Assembly: GCA_046540255.1 (NCBI GenBank)
Contig: JBKHFJ010000005.1
Location: 9,898 to 73,897, forward strand
Origin: Methanomassiliicoccales archaeon
GTDB taxonomy: Archaea > Thermoplasmatota > Thermoplasmata > Methanomassiliicoccales > JAAEEP01
Length of the DNA stretch: 64,000 nt
Direction of reading: 5' to 3'
Part shown: piece by piece, positions 39,187 through 48,191 of the stretch
Numbering within the stretch: position 1 is the first letter of the stretch
How the letters are laid out: each line of letters begins with the position of its first letter
Notes under the pieces: generated by a model
The model's input: the letters and a program-made list of their open reading frames with translations, nothing else
Database searches by the model: none
Told to the model about the DNA's origin: nothing
Position numbers and translations under genes: made by a program

Positions 39187-40289
39187 GTCCTGTCCTCCAG
39201 ATCGTCGGAGAAGTAGAACATGGCCACTTCCTCCACCAGGTCGCCGGTGAGCGACGCGATCTGCTGGAGATCGTATCCGATGCGGACGAGCTCGTTCCTG
39301 GGTTCCCCCTCGGAGTCGGACACGGACCCGGCCAGCAGCCCTGCCAGCCTGTCCTTGAGGCTGGAGTGATACCCGTCGATCTCCTCCATGTACCGGTAGG
39401 CCGCCTCCCCCCTCCTGTTCAGGACGATGTCCATGGTCCGCCTGAGATGCTCCTCCAGCTGTTCCACTTCCCTCATGTAGGCCTCCTTGGTCCTCTGCAG
39501 GTTCCTCAGGCCCAGCGTGGAGGAGACGTCCATCTCCTCCAGTATGGTCTCCATCGGAAAGGACAGGCGGCCCTTGTCCAGTCCGTACAGGTCGCAGACC
39601 CCCTCGGCGATCCCGAATATGGCGTCCCCCAGCTTCTCCAGGAGATCGGTGGTGAGGACGGTGTAGAACAGGTCCGGGAAGGAGTGGAAGGTGATCTCCA
39701 TCCGGCTGGCCCGACGCATGATCTGCATGGCCACCCGGTCGATATCCTCCTCCTCCAACGTGCGCAGCGTGTGCAGCAGGTGGATCGTCCTGTTCCTGTT
39801 TCCGTTCAGGTGCGCTATCAGCTCCTTGCTCAGGCGAAGCGACTCGTGAAGCTTCTCGAACAGCAGCCTCTGGAGCTGGTCCACCGAGGGCGAATCCATG
39901 TTGACCTTGAAGTCCCGGCCGTACCCGATGCTCTCCTCTCTCACATCCAGGATCAGCCTTTCGTCCAGCAGGCGGACGAAGTTCCTGGCGGCGCTCATCT
40001 GCTCGTCCGAGAACCCCTCGCTCCTCAGCTCGGCCGACTCGTATCCCTGGACGTAGCTGCACAGCAGGAACTGCCTGATCTCGTCCTCGTCACCGTGCTC
40101 AAGGAAACCGGTCTGGAAGCTCCCCTTGATGATGGGTGAGATGATCAGGTGGTCCCCCACCTCTTGCAGATCCACCCGCCTCTCCTTGAGCTGTTCCTTC
40201 GACCACTGGTCGATCCATCGCTTGGGCAGGTAGAGCGAGAAGGCTCCCTTGCCCGTTTTGGTGACCCTCTTTCTATTCGGAGAAGACAT
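39183..40289 (-). CDS. AbrB/SpoVT-like N-domain + PhoU-like repeat protein (paralog 1)
   Basis: 368 aa from ATG 40289 (MSSPNRKRVTKTGKGAFSLYLPKRWIDQW). A TATA-like tattta lies ~25 nt upstream, so the mRNA is probably leaderless. Confidence 0.7.
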   Translation of the reverse strand: MSSPNRKRVTKTGKGAFSLYLPKRWIDQWSKEQLKERRVDLQEVGDHLIISPIIKGSFQTGFLEHGDEDEIRQFLLCSYVQGYESAELRSEGFSDEQMSAARNFVRLLDERLILDVREESIGYGRDFKVNMDSPSVDQLQRLLFEKLHESLRLSKELIAHLNGNRNRTIHLLHTLRTLEEEDIDRVAMQIMRRASRMEITFHSFPDLFYTVLTTDLLEKLGDAIFGIAEGVCDLYGLDKGRLSFPMETILEEMDVSSTLGLRNLQRTKEAYMREVEQLEEHLRRTMDIVLNRRGEAAYRYMEEIDGYHSSLKDRLAGLLAGSVSDSEGEPRNELVRIGYDLQQIASLTGDLVEEVAMFYFSDDLEDRT

Positions 40290-40847
40290 CGCACCCTTGC
40301 CTCGTTGGAGGTAAATATGTCCATTCTTCGGTAAGCTACTTAATGCTTGTGCACTACACCGATCAGGGTGAGGCCCTATACCAGTCAGGACTATATGATG
40401 GGAAGAGGATCGATCCAATGGTTAAGTGATTGTCTTCACAACACCTATTGAAGTGCGGCCATCGCACTGGTGGTATCCCTCCCCCGTCTTCTGAGATTCA
40501 TACGGGTTCGAGGGTACTCGATCAACCAACCCGAACTCATCCGTGCCAGGGTAAACCGTTCCGGTCCTTACTTTCAAAGAGTTCTGTAAAATCTCCTATG
40601 TTCGCATACCCCAGGGGCACTTGACATCCTGCCGATCAATGCAACCGTCATGGAAAGGATGATCGATCCCTCGTTGAGCTACTCGATGATCGTGTCATTG
40701 GCGAGGTGGTAGGATCTCTTCTCGATGGCCACCTACTTTGCTGGTGTACCTGTGGTACGGGTATAGGCCACATTGGTCCAGAAGTGGTCCCCTCGGATGA
40801 AAACTTTAATTACATCCCCCTATATTCCCAAACGCTTCCACTCTCAG

Positions 40848-40932
40848 GCGGGGGTAGCCAAGCCAGGCCAACGGCGCAAGGTTGAGGGCCTTGTCCTGTA
40901 GAGGTCCGAGGGTTCAAATCCCTTCCCCCGCA
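40848..40932 (+). tRNA. tRNA-Leu (anticodon GAG)
   Basis: Acceptor GCGGGGG/CCCCCGC plus discriminator A. Anticodon stem-loop CAAGG-UUGAGGG-CCUUG. Long variable arm. T arm GAGGG-UUCAAAU-CCCUU. No encoded CCA. TATA-like ctatatt lies ~25 nt upstream. Confidence 0.9.
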
Positions 40933-41166
40933 CTCCATCCCTGAGGTAACGGATTGTAGGGCGGACAACATGACACTGTCCACTTAAATCCTACTTGAAG
41001 GGAATTGCACTTTTATGTCTCATCTCCCAGCGCATATCCCCCCTGGGAAGGGATCCGGGACTGCCCGAGGTCTCCCAGCTTACCGGAACCTGATACCGAC
41101 ACCTAAATATTCAGGGGGAGGGATAATGGGTGTGGGCAGGGCGACCTGCCAGGGGTTCGATGTGGA

Positions 41167-42648
41167 ATGGATGGGGATCCCAGGGAGGATACCATAGATG
41201 ACGATCCTTCGGGAGAAGAGGGTTCATCCGGACCTCCCGGCGAAGGTATTGCATTCATCCCCGCTCTTCTCATCAGAAAATGGAGACTGATCCTTCCGTT
41301 CGTCCTCCTCCTGGCTCTTACCTTCGCCCCTCTGCCGGTGGAGACGGCGATACAGCACGCGCTGGCGGTCTTCGCCTGCGTGGCCGTCCTCTGGATCCTG
41401 GGAGGCCTCTCCCTCGCGGTGACCGCCCTTCTGGTCCCCGTCCTTATGGTCCTGTACGGCCTCGTTCCCACCGCCGCCGCGGCTCTGGCACCCTTCGCCC
41501 AACCGGTCAACTTCCTGATGCTCGGCGGGCTGATCATCGCCCAGGCCTTCCATAAGACCGGTCTCGATCGCCGCATGGCGTACAAGATGGTCTCCCTCTC
41601 CAAGGGGGACATGAAGAAGACGCTCCTCTCCCTCATGCTGGTCTCGGCCGGCCTCTCCATGTGGATATCCAACACCGCCACGGTGGCACTGCTGATACCG
41701 GTGGTGCTGGGCATATGCTCCAGGGCGGGCGAGGAGAGGTCGAGGATGTGCGTGGTGTTCCTCCTGGCCGTGGCCTTCGCCTCCGCCATGGGCGGAATGG
41801 CCACCATCACCGGATCCCCGCCGAACGCCATAGCGTCGGGGCTGCTGCAGCAGGAGATCCGCTGGACCTTCTTCGACTGGATGAAGATCGGGGTGCCCAT
41901 CAGCCTGGGGCTCCTCCTCTTCAGCTGGTGGGTGTTCCCCCGCATCTTTCCGTTCGAGAGGACCAGCCTGGACATCAGCGGGGTGGAGACCGATCTTCAA
42001 CAGATGGGTCCGCTCACCGGCCTGGAGAGGAGGACGTTGATCATATTCTTCCCCACCGTGTTCCTGTGGATCACCGGCCCCAATATCGCCCCCCTCCTGG
42101 GTCTCCCAGGAGCGTTCATGAACTCGGCCATCATCGCTCTCCTCGGCTGCTCCCTGCTCTTCGCCATCGGGGCGCTGTCCTGGAAAGATGCAAGGGAGGT
42201 GCAATGGGACATCTTTCTCATCATAGGAGGGGGATTGGCCCTGGGGGAGGGGTTAACGCAGTCCGGTGCAGCCCAGTGGATCGCAGATGGCGTCGCGGGG
42301 TTCGCCGGGGACCTCGGCGTTTTCGCCTTCGTCTTCCTCATAGTGGCGGTCACAGTGCTGTTGACGAACCTCATAAGCAACACCGCCACGGCGGCGATGT
42401 TCGTCCCCATCCTCATCGGCATCTCCGTGGTGATGGCCCTGGACATCAGGGTCCTGGTGCTGGCCTCCGCCTTGGCGGCATCACTGGCATTCATCACCCC
42501 CATCGGTACCCCGCCGGTGACTTTGGTCTTCTCCACCGATTACATCTCCCGGAAGGAGCTGGCCAGGGGCGGGATTCTGCTGACGATCCCCTGCATGATC
42601 GCGGTCGCCCTCTTCTGCTACCTGATGGTGATCCTGGGCCTGCTATAA
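41167..42648 (+). CDS. DASS/SLC13-family (divalent anion:Na+ symporter-like) transporter
   Basis: 493 aa, polytopic, with …SAGLSMWISNTATVALLIPV… and …LLTNLISNTATAAMFVPI… hairpin motifs typical of DASS/ArsB-NhaD permeases. Confidence 0.8.
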   Translation: MDGDPREDTIDDDPSGEEGSSGPPGEGIAFIPALLIRKWRLILPFVLLLALTFAPLPVETAIQHALAVFACVAVLWILGGLSLAVTALLVPVLMVLYGLVPTAAAALAPFAQPVNFLMLGGLIIAQAFHKTGLDRRMAYKMVSLSKGDMKKTLLSLMLVSAGLSMWISNTATVALLIPVVLGICSRAGEERSRMCVVFLLAVAFASAMGGMATITGSPPNAIASGLLQQEIRWTFFDWMKIGVPISLGLLLFSWWVFPRIFPFERTSLDISGVETDLQQMGPLTGLERRTLIIFFPTVFLWITGPNIAPLLGLPGAFMNSAIIALLGCSLLFAIGALSWKDAREVQWDIFLIIGGGLALGEGLTQSGAAQWIADGVAGFAGDLGVFAFVFLIVAVTVLLTNLISNTATAAMFVPILIGISVVMALDIRVLVLASALAASLAFITPIGTPPVTLVFSTDYISRKELARGGILLTIPCMIAVALFCYLMVILGLL

Positions 42649-43182
42649 GGTGATCTTATCGAATGTCCATGGTGATATGCTCACAGGGTCCTCAGTGGGG
42701 TACAGTCAGATCCTGGGCCCGGTAGCGAGAATAACCGGAATTGGCCATACCCGCGTCTCTGTTCCGTCACCGTTATGAAACCCGTGTCGTGACGTGGTGG
42801 CACTCTTCTTAGTCCGCCATCAGGGCATCGGTCGCCTCTTCCAATCGGTGATGATCAATCGGATATCCATCTTCTGTGGACCCACGGTACCGAAGGTAAT
42901 ATTCCCGATTTCCCTCTCGGATTCACCCACCCCATTATGGAGGGGTGGCTGCCGGAAGGTGGTCCAGTATCCTGATATGGGGAGAGGCCCGTCCCGCGGA
43001 TGGTGTCTTAGATCGATGGCGGTTGAGTCGACCTCCTGGCCATCACGGGGATCGGGAAGCAACGGTGTCCCGGATGAGGGGGGACTGGGTAAAACAGGAG
43101 GAGGGGCGTCAGATAATTTATTGTATTATGGGATGCTACGATTGCTTCACTCTACGGGGTAACCGAGGCCGGTGATGGGGCG

Positions 43183-43878
43183 TTGGAAAGCGAGGTCAGA
43201 AAGACATTCAGGGAGGTGATCGAAGCGGTCACTCCGATACTGGTGATGGTCGCACTCCTCCTCATCCTGGTGGTGGATGTCCCGCTGAGCCTTCTCCTGG
43301 ACTTCATGGTGGGAGGTGTCCTGACGGTCGCGGGGATCGTGCTCTTCCTGCTGGGGGTGAAGATGGGCATGCTTCCCATGGGGGAGGCCATCGGGGCAGA
43401 GCTCCCCAAAAGGCAGTCGGTACTTTTCATCATCATCGTGGTCTTCCTCCTCTCCTTCCTGGTGACCATCGCCGAGCCGGACGTGAGGGTGCTCACCAGC
43501 GTCTTCAGTTCGGTGGCCGGGGACGATGTCGACAAGACCATGATGATACTGGTCATCGCCTTTGGGGTGGGGTTCTTCATGGTACTATCCGTGATCAGGA
43601 TGGTGGCGGGGGTCCCGATGAAGTACCTCCTCACCGCGAGCTACCTGACGATCATACTTCTGTCCTTCTTCGTCCCCAGTGAGTATCTGGCGGTATCGTT
43701 CGATGCGGGCGGTGTGACCACGGGACCGATCACCGTGCCGGTGATCCTGGCATTGGGCATAGGCGTGGTGTCGGTCCTCGGGGGAAAATCGCCCCTGAGC
43801 GAGGGCTTCGGTCTGATAGGGATCGCCTCCGTGGGTCCCATCCTGGGCATGATGATCATGGGGGTGTTGATAGGGTGA
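43183..43878 (+). CDS. DUF1538 membrane protein (subunit 1)
   Basis: 231 aa, polytopic, with …ITIAEPDVRVL… and …SFDAGGVTTGPITVPVILALG… typical of DUF1538. TTG start. Confidence 0.7.
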   Translation: MESEVRKTFREVIEAVTPILVMVALLLILVVDVPLSLLLDFMVGGVLTVAGIVLFLLGVKMGMLPMGEAIGAELPKRQSVLFIIIVVFLLSFLVTIAEPDVRVLTSVFSSVAGDDVDKTMMILVIAFGVGFFMVLSVIRMVAGVPMKYLLTASYLTIILLSFFVPSEYLAVSFDAGGVTTGPITVPVILALGIGVVSVLGGKSPLSEGFGLIGIASVGPILGMMIMGVLIG

Positions 43879-44591
43879 GCGAGACCGATCTCCTCTCCAT
43901 CGTCCTGGAGGTGATACAGGCGATACTGCCGCTTGTTGCCTTCTTTCTCATCTTTCAGGTGCTCTATCTCAAGTTCCCCAAGAGCTACCTCCTGAGGCTA
44001 CTGACCGGCCTGATGATCACCTCCGTGGGGATGGTCCTGTTCTTGAAGGGGGTCTTCATGGGATTCCTCCCCGCGGGGGAGGAGATCGGTCTGCACTTCG
44101 CTAACCAGGAGAGATGGCTGCTCATCCCGATCGGGGCGATCCTGGGCTTTCTGGCAACCTTCGCGGAACCGGCGGTCAGGGTCCTATGCGACGAGATCGA
44201 GAAATCCTCCTCCGGCATGATCAAGGCCAAGATCATGCTCTACACCCTCTCCCTCGGGGTCGGTGTCCTGGTCGCCGTTGGAATGGCCAAGATAGCGTAC
44301 GGTATCGATTTCCTCTACATCATCGTCCCCGGCTACCTCCTGGTCCTGGTTCTGCTCTGGCTGACCGACGGTGACTTCATAGCCATATCGTTCGACTCGG
44401 GGGGTGTGGCGACCGGGCCGATGGCGGTCACCTTCCTCATGTCCATGGGTGTCGGATTCGCCTCTGGGATCGAGGGAGGGAATCCCGTGGTGGATGGATT
44501 CGGGCTGATAGCATTAATAGCCTTGGCACCGATAATCTTCGTGCTGGGGCTCGGGGTACTGATAAGAATGAAGAGAGGTGAAGCAGCATGA
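43875..44591 (+). CDS. DUF1538 membrane protein (subunit 2)
   Basis: 238 aa paralog of the previous gene (…TFAEPAVRVL…SFDSGGVATGPMAVTFLMSMG…). 4-nt overlap with the upstream gene. Confidence 0.7.
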   Translation: MSETDLLSIVLEVIQAILPLVAFFLIFQVLYLKFPKSYLLRLLTGLMITSVGMVLFLKGVFMGFLPAGEEIGLHFANQERWLLIPIGAILGFLATFAEPAVRVLCDEIEKSSSGMIKAKIMLYTLSLGVGVLVAVGMAKIAYGIDFLYIIVPGYLLVLVLLWLTDGDFIAISFDSGGVATGPMAVTFLMSMGVGFASGIEGGNPVVDGFGLIALIALAPIIFVLGLGVLIRMKRGEAA

Positions 44592-44968
44592 AATGCGAGA
44601 GGAACCTGGCCTTGATAGTGACCATCGTCCCCAAGGGATGGGGCGACACCGTGATGTGTGCCTCCCGAGACGCGGGAGCCGAAGGGGGCACCGTAATGTT
44701 CGCCAGAGGATGTGGGATTCACGAAAAGAAGAGCATATTGGGGATCGCGATCGAGCCGGAGAAGGAGGTGGTCCTTACCCTCGTCTCCAGGGAGATAGAG
44801 GAGAGGATGCTGGAAACTGTGTCGAAGGCGGCCGAATTGGATAAACCCGGAAGGGGCATGGCCTTCCTGGTACCGGTGGAGAGGGCCATCGGAAGGGTGC
44901 ATTTCATAGAGATGCTTGAAGAGGAGACGGAGGAATCCCACGAGGAGGGGACGGACCGGGATTCCTGA
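44588..44968 (+). CDS. PII (GlnB)-like signal-transduction protein
   Basis: 126 aa. LALIVTIVPKGWGDTVMCASRDAGAEGGTVMFARGCG…EKEVVLTLV… has a PII-like beta-alpha-beta pattern. 4-nt overlap with the upstream gene. Confidence 0.65.
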   Translation: MKCERNLALIVTIVPKGWGDTVMCASRDAGAEGGTVMFARGCGIHEKKSILGIAIEPEKEVVLTLVSREIEERMLETVSKAAELDKPGRGMAFLVPVERAIGRVHFIEMLEEETEESHEEGTDRDS

Positions 44969-45543
44969 AGCAAGTGTTGATTCTGACCGTGACCCGGAAC
45001 ATCCTTCAAGAGGCCACCCCCTTTCCCAACGGGATCGCTCCCATCGCGTCGAAGCTCATGTTCCAGGATTCAAGGGAGGGATCGGACATCGGCCATCCGC
45101 GGTCCGTTCCATACCACGGGGGATGGTCGAGGGTACTCGTCCCCCAGATCCTCGCATGGGCGCAAACCGGTTCGAGGTTCCTTTTACATTCATCGTTCCA
45201 GAACGTTCATGCGATCGGGCGGATCCGATGGGGGCCAAGGGTCGATCATGGGCAGCGGGCGTCCCGTGCGGCGGTCGACGTCATCGTTAGGAGAGGCATG
45301 TCGTAATAACCTTCTAAGAGGTTCCGCGGGCCCCCCTTTCAGGAAGTGCTCAGATCCCGAGGGATCCCTACGATGCCTCCAGCAGCCGGCAAGAAGGGGA
45401 TATACTGAGTCCATATAAGGCGACGGGAAAGAGCATGACCCGTACTAAGTCCATACCCGGGGGAGATCGATCCCTCGTCCGATCGGTATAAAAGGTTCCT
45501 ACCGCCCACGCAAGAGTCTAGGGTGGAAGATGGTGCCAAGGAT

Positions 45544-45813
45544 CTAGTCCTTCTCCCAGTACTCCTCTGCCTCCTCCTCCATCTTCTCCAAGCGATCGTA
45601 GTAGTCCGGGAACTCGTTGAGGTGGGCCAATGCTATCTTGCCCACGGTCACGGGATCGTCGCCCGTGACGTCCGTGGCCGGATCCTGTCCACCGTGCTCC
45701 AGTTCAACGTCCATTCCCCTTCTGAACTGGTCGACGTCGAACCGATCCCACTTCAGTCCCAACTTCACACCCACTTCCTTGGCTTCTTCGGCCGTGAAAG
45801 ATTTCCTTGCCAT
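45544..45813 (-). CDS. small conserved hypothetical protein (DUF5661-like)
   Basis: 89 aa with …GMDVELEHG…DVTGDDPVTVGKIALAHLNEFPDYYDRLEKME…. Confidence 0.5.
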   Translation of the reverse strand: MARKSFTAEEAKEVGVKLGLKWDRFDVDQFRRGMDVELEHGGQDPATDVTGDDPVTVGKIALAHLNEFPDYYDRLEKMEEEAEEYWEKD

Positions 45814-46063
45814 TCTTAACCCTGATTACCGTTTGGAGCTCTCCCATTATTAACCCTGTGGTCGTACTTCCCGGTGGACCCTCCGAATTCGAGCGTCACC
45901 AGCTGACAATGGGGACCCACCAAAATACTCCGAACCGGGCATCATCGAGGAGGGTCTTATGAGCACCACCTAGGTCTTTCCCATCAGGCCCTTGTCTCTT
46001 CCACTCCCCGCCTCCGATCCCGCGGAGGAAGCCCCGTTATCCAAGCATCCGAGGGTTCTTGCT

Positions 46064-46462
46064 TCAGCCCAGTTCGTTTGCCAGGTAGGGGGCGAATAGG
46101 ACCGTCACGAGTATCAACCCCCAGATCCTCCCTTGGAGGAGGTTGTAGTCCGCCAGAAGCCTCTCCCAGGGGTTGCCGAAGACGTAGTGGCCGGCCAGGA
46201 ACTCGAAGGCCACGGTCAACACCAGCCAGACGGCACCGATCAGGAAGGCCTGCTGGACGCTGAGCTCCACATCGGCGAACCTGAAGACCAGGAAGGTGAT
46301 GAGGAGGATCATTGCCATGAAGACGAAGGTGCTGATCTGATGGGCGACGAGGTTCCCCACCACCGGCCCGTAGACCGCCTCCCTGATCACGGCGTTGGCT
46401 ATGGCCGCAACCATGAAGATGAGCCATGTGCCGACGGTCAATCCTATCAGCTTGGTATCCAT
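46064..46462 (-). CDS. small membrane protein
   Basis: 132 aa from the internal ATG 46462 (MDTKLIGLTVGTWLIFMVAAIANAV…), with 4 hydrophobic helices. Confidence 0.5.
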   Translation of the reverse strand: MDTKLIGLTVGTWLIFMVAAIANAVIREAVYGPVVGNLVAHQISTFVFMAMILLITFLVFRFADVELSVQQAFLIGAVWLVLTVAFEFLAGHYVFGNPWERLLADYNLLQGRIWGLILVTVLFAPYLANELG

Positions 46463-46686
46463 CGATCGACGGATTGACTCCCGACGTATATAGGTGATCT
46501 CTTTCGATGGCTCAAGGCACTCCAGGCCCCTTCTTGTTTCGGTGCAGACCCGGTCGGTCCGGGGAATGAAGATGACATGGATCAATGAACGCTCTGGGCA
46601 CGCGTTCGTCCTCCGGTCCACCGCCGATGGCCCTATGGAAAAGACCTTTACCTAGGAGCACGAGTTTTTTCATTGGAGGCACGATC

Positions 46687-47076
46687 GTGGACATCACCAA
46701 CGTCATCATCGGCATCATCGTCTTTCTGGTCAGCTGGATCCTTGTATCGCTCCCACTCTACCGGGCCGCCAAGATTTTGACCGGGGGCAGGGCGACACTG
46801 GGCGCGGCCATGCTGGGAACCCTCTTGGGCATAACGGTCTTCTATCTTGTCTTCGCCATCACCTACTACTTCACCGATCTCGTGGCCAGCTCGGCGGTCT
46901 CCTCCCTGATCGGGATGGTCCTGGGGTTCTTGGCCTTCCTGGGCCTGTACAAGGTCCTCTTCAACGTGGGCTGGACGAAGGCACTACTCATAGCCATACT
47001 GGCCGTCATCATCACCATAGTGGTCGCGATCGTGATCGGTTTCCTGCTGGCGGCAGTGGGTGTCGCGATATTGTGA
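46687..47076 (+). CDS. 129-aa membrane protein, duplicate copy 1
   Basis: GTG start preceded by GGAGG. 3-4 TM helices. About 85% identical to copy 2. Confidence 0.55.
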   Translation: MDITNVIIGIIVFLVSWILVSLPLYRAAKILTGGRATLGAAMLGTLLGITVFYLVFAITYYFTDLVASSAVSSLIGMVLGFLAFLGLYKVLFNVGWTKALLIAILAVIITIVVAIVIGFLLAAVGVAIL

Positions 47077-47265
47077 GCCCGTGTCGATCTTGAGAAGGGA
47101 AATGATAGATCGGGCCCATTGCATCCACGTATGGTGTTGAAGGAGATATACATAGAGGGGATCAATGAACGCTCTGGGTATACGTTCGTCCTCCGGTCCC
47201 CGCCGGTGCCCCTATGGAAATGACCTTTACCTAGGAGCACGAATTCAGTAGATGGAGGCACCATC

Positions 47266-47655
47266 GTGGACATCATGACCATCATCATCGGCATCATCGT
47301 CCTCCTGGTCAGCTGGATCGTCGTATCGATCCCACTGTATCTAGCCGCCAGTATGATGACCGAAGGGAGGGCCACCCTGGGGGCGGCCATGCTGGGGACC
47401 TTGCTGGGCGTGGTGGTCTTCTATCTGGTCTTCGCCATCACCTACTACTTCACCGATCTCGTGGCCAGCTCGGCGGTCTCCTCCCTGATCGGGATGGTCC
47501 TGGGGTTCTTGGCCTTCCTGGGCCTGTACAAGGTCCTCTTCAACGTGGGCTGGGGCAGGGCCCTTCTGATAGCCATACTGGCCGTGATCATCACCATAGT
47601 GGTCGTGATCGTGATCGGTTTCCTGCTCGTCGTCCTCGGGGTGACCATACTGTGA
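47266..47655 (+). CDS. 129-aa membrane protein, duplicate copy 2
   Basis: GTG start preceded by GGAGG. Same length and frame as copy 1. Confidence 0.55.
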   Translation: MDIMTIIIGIIVLLVSWIVVSIPLYLAASMMTEGRATLGAAMLGTLLGVVVFYLVFAITYYFTDLVASSAVSSLIGMVLGFLAFLGLYKVLFNVGWGRALLIAILAVIITIVVVIVIGFLLVVLGVTIL

Positions 47656-47713
47656 GTCCGGTCCTTCATCGAGGGGTAATAATATATCGGCCCTGGTTCC
47701 ATGGTCACCATGT

Positions 47714-47959
47714 ATGGTGCTGAAGGAGATATATATAGAGAGGATGATAGACCGGATGAGCAGGAGGGAGAGGAAGGAGTTCGTGGAGAAGATCATAGAC
47801 AGGTTCTTCCTGAAGATGGGTCCGGAAGAGAAGAGGGAGCTGCTGGCCTCCTTAATTCCCAGGATCATCGATCAGATGACCGGCGATCTGGAACCGGATG
47901 AACGGAAGGAGGTCATGAGGGAGGTGCTGTCCCCGTTGGTTGACCAGGGGTCGGATTGA
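47714..47959 (+). CDS. small charged helical protein
   Basis: 81-aa ORF (ATG 47744 is an alternative start) with repeated ERKEF/EKREL/ERKEV motifs. It follows the third copy of the repeat junction. Confidence 0.4.
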   Translation: MVLKEIYIERMIDRMSRRERKEFVEKIIDRFFLKMGPEEKRELLASLIPRIIDQMTGDLEPDERKEVMREVLSPLVDQGSD

Positions 47960-48191
47960 TGCGAAAGGATCGTTCGAGGTTTTCTCGTTCACGGGCGCGA
48001 TCAAGGCGGGTAGGGATGAAAAGAAGTTGGAAAGAAAGCCGAAGAGCGATTGAGGGCCGATCGCCGCTTCTTTTTCTTCTCTCTCTTCACCGGCTTCTCC
48101 TTTGACACGTATCTCCCTTTGCCCGCCGAGACCGGCGGTCACATGGGCGATGGATACCATCGTCCATCCGAGTATTTGATTCTCATCACCG

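Larger units (their letters stand above)
46581..47745 (+). repeat. tandem direct duplication, unit 580 bp (two full units plus degenerate junction copies)
   Basis: atcaatgaacgctctggg recurs at 46581 and 47161. The stretch 46861-46974 was compared base by base with 47441-47554 (offset 580) and is identical; identity appears to extend upstream to about 46847. The junction motif gtatggtgYtgaaggagatataYatagag recurs at ~47128 and ~47711. Confidence 0.85.

Noticed and set aside
38116-40062. 648-aa ORF suggesting one large protein. The same applies to 27079-28500, 36237-38150, 14687-15997, 13594-14214 and 15949-16917.
   Set aside because: In each case only the C-terminal part is real. The N-terminal extension is an alternate-frame read across the upstream gene. 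Proper starts with ATGA/GTGA/TGATG overlaps or an SD were found at 39186, 27972, 37110, 15440, 13780 and 15997.
44916-45414. Several 60-124-aa ORFs in the 44969-45543 spacer.
   Set aside because: They overlap one another in different frames and are Arg/Gly/Pro-rich without recognisable motifs. The region is treated as non-coding or decayed.
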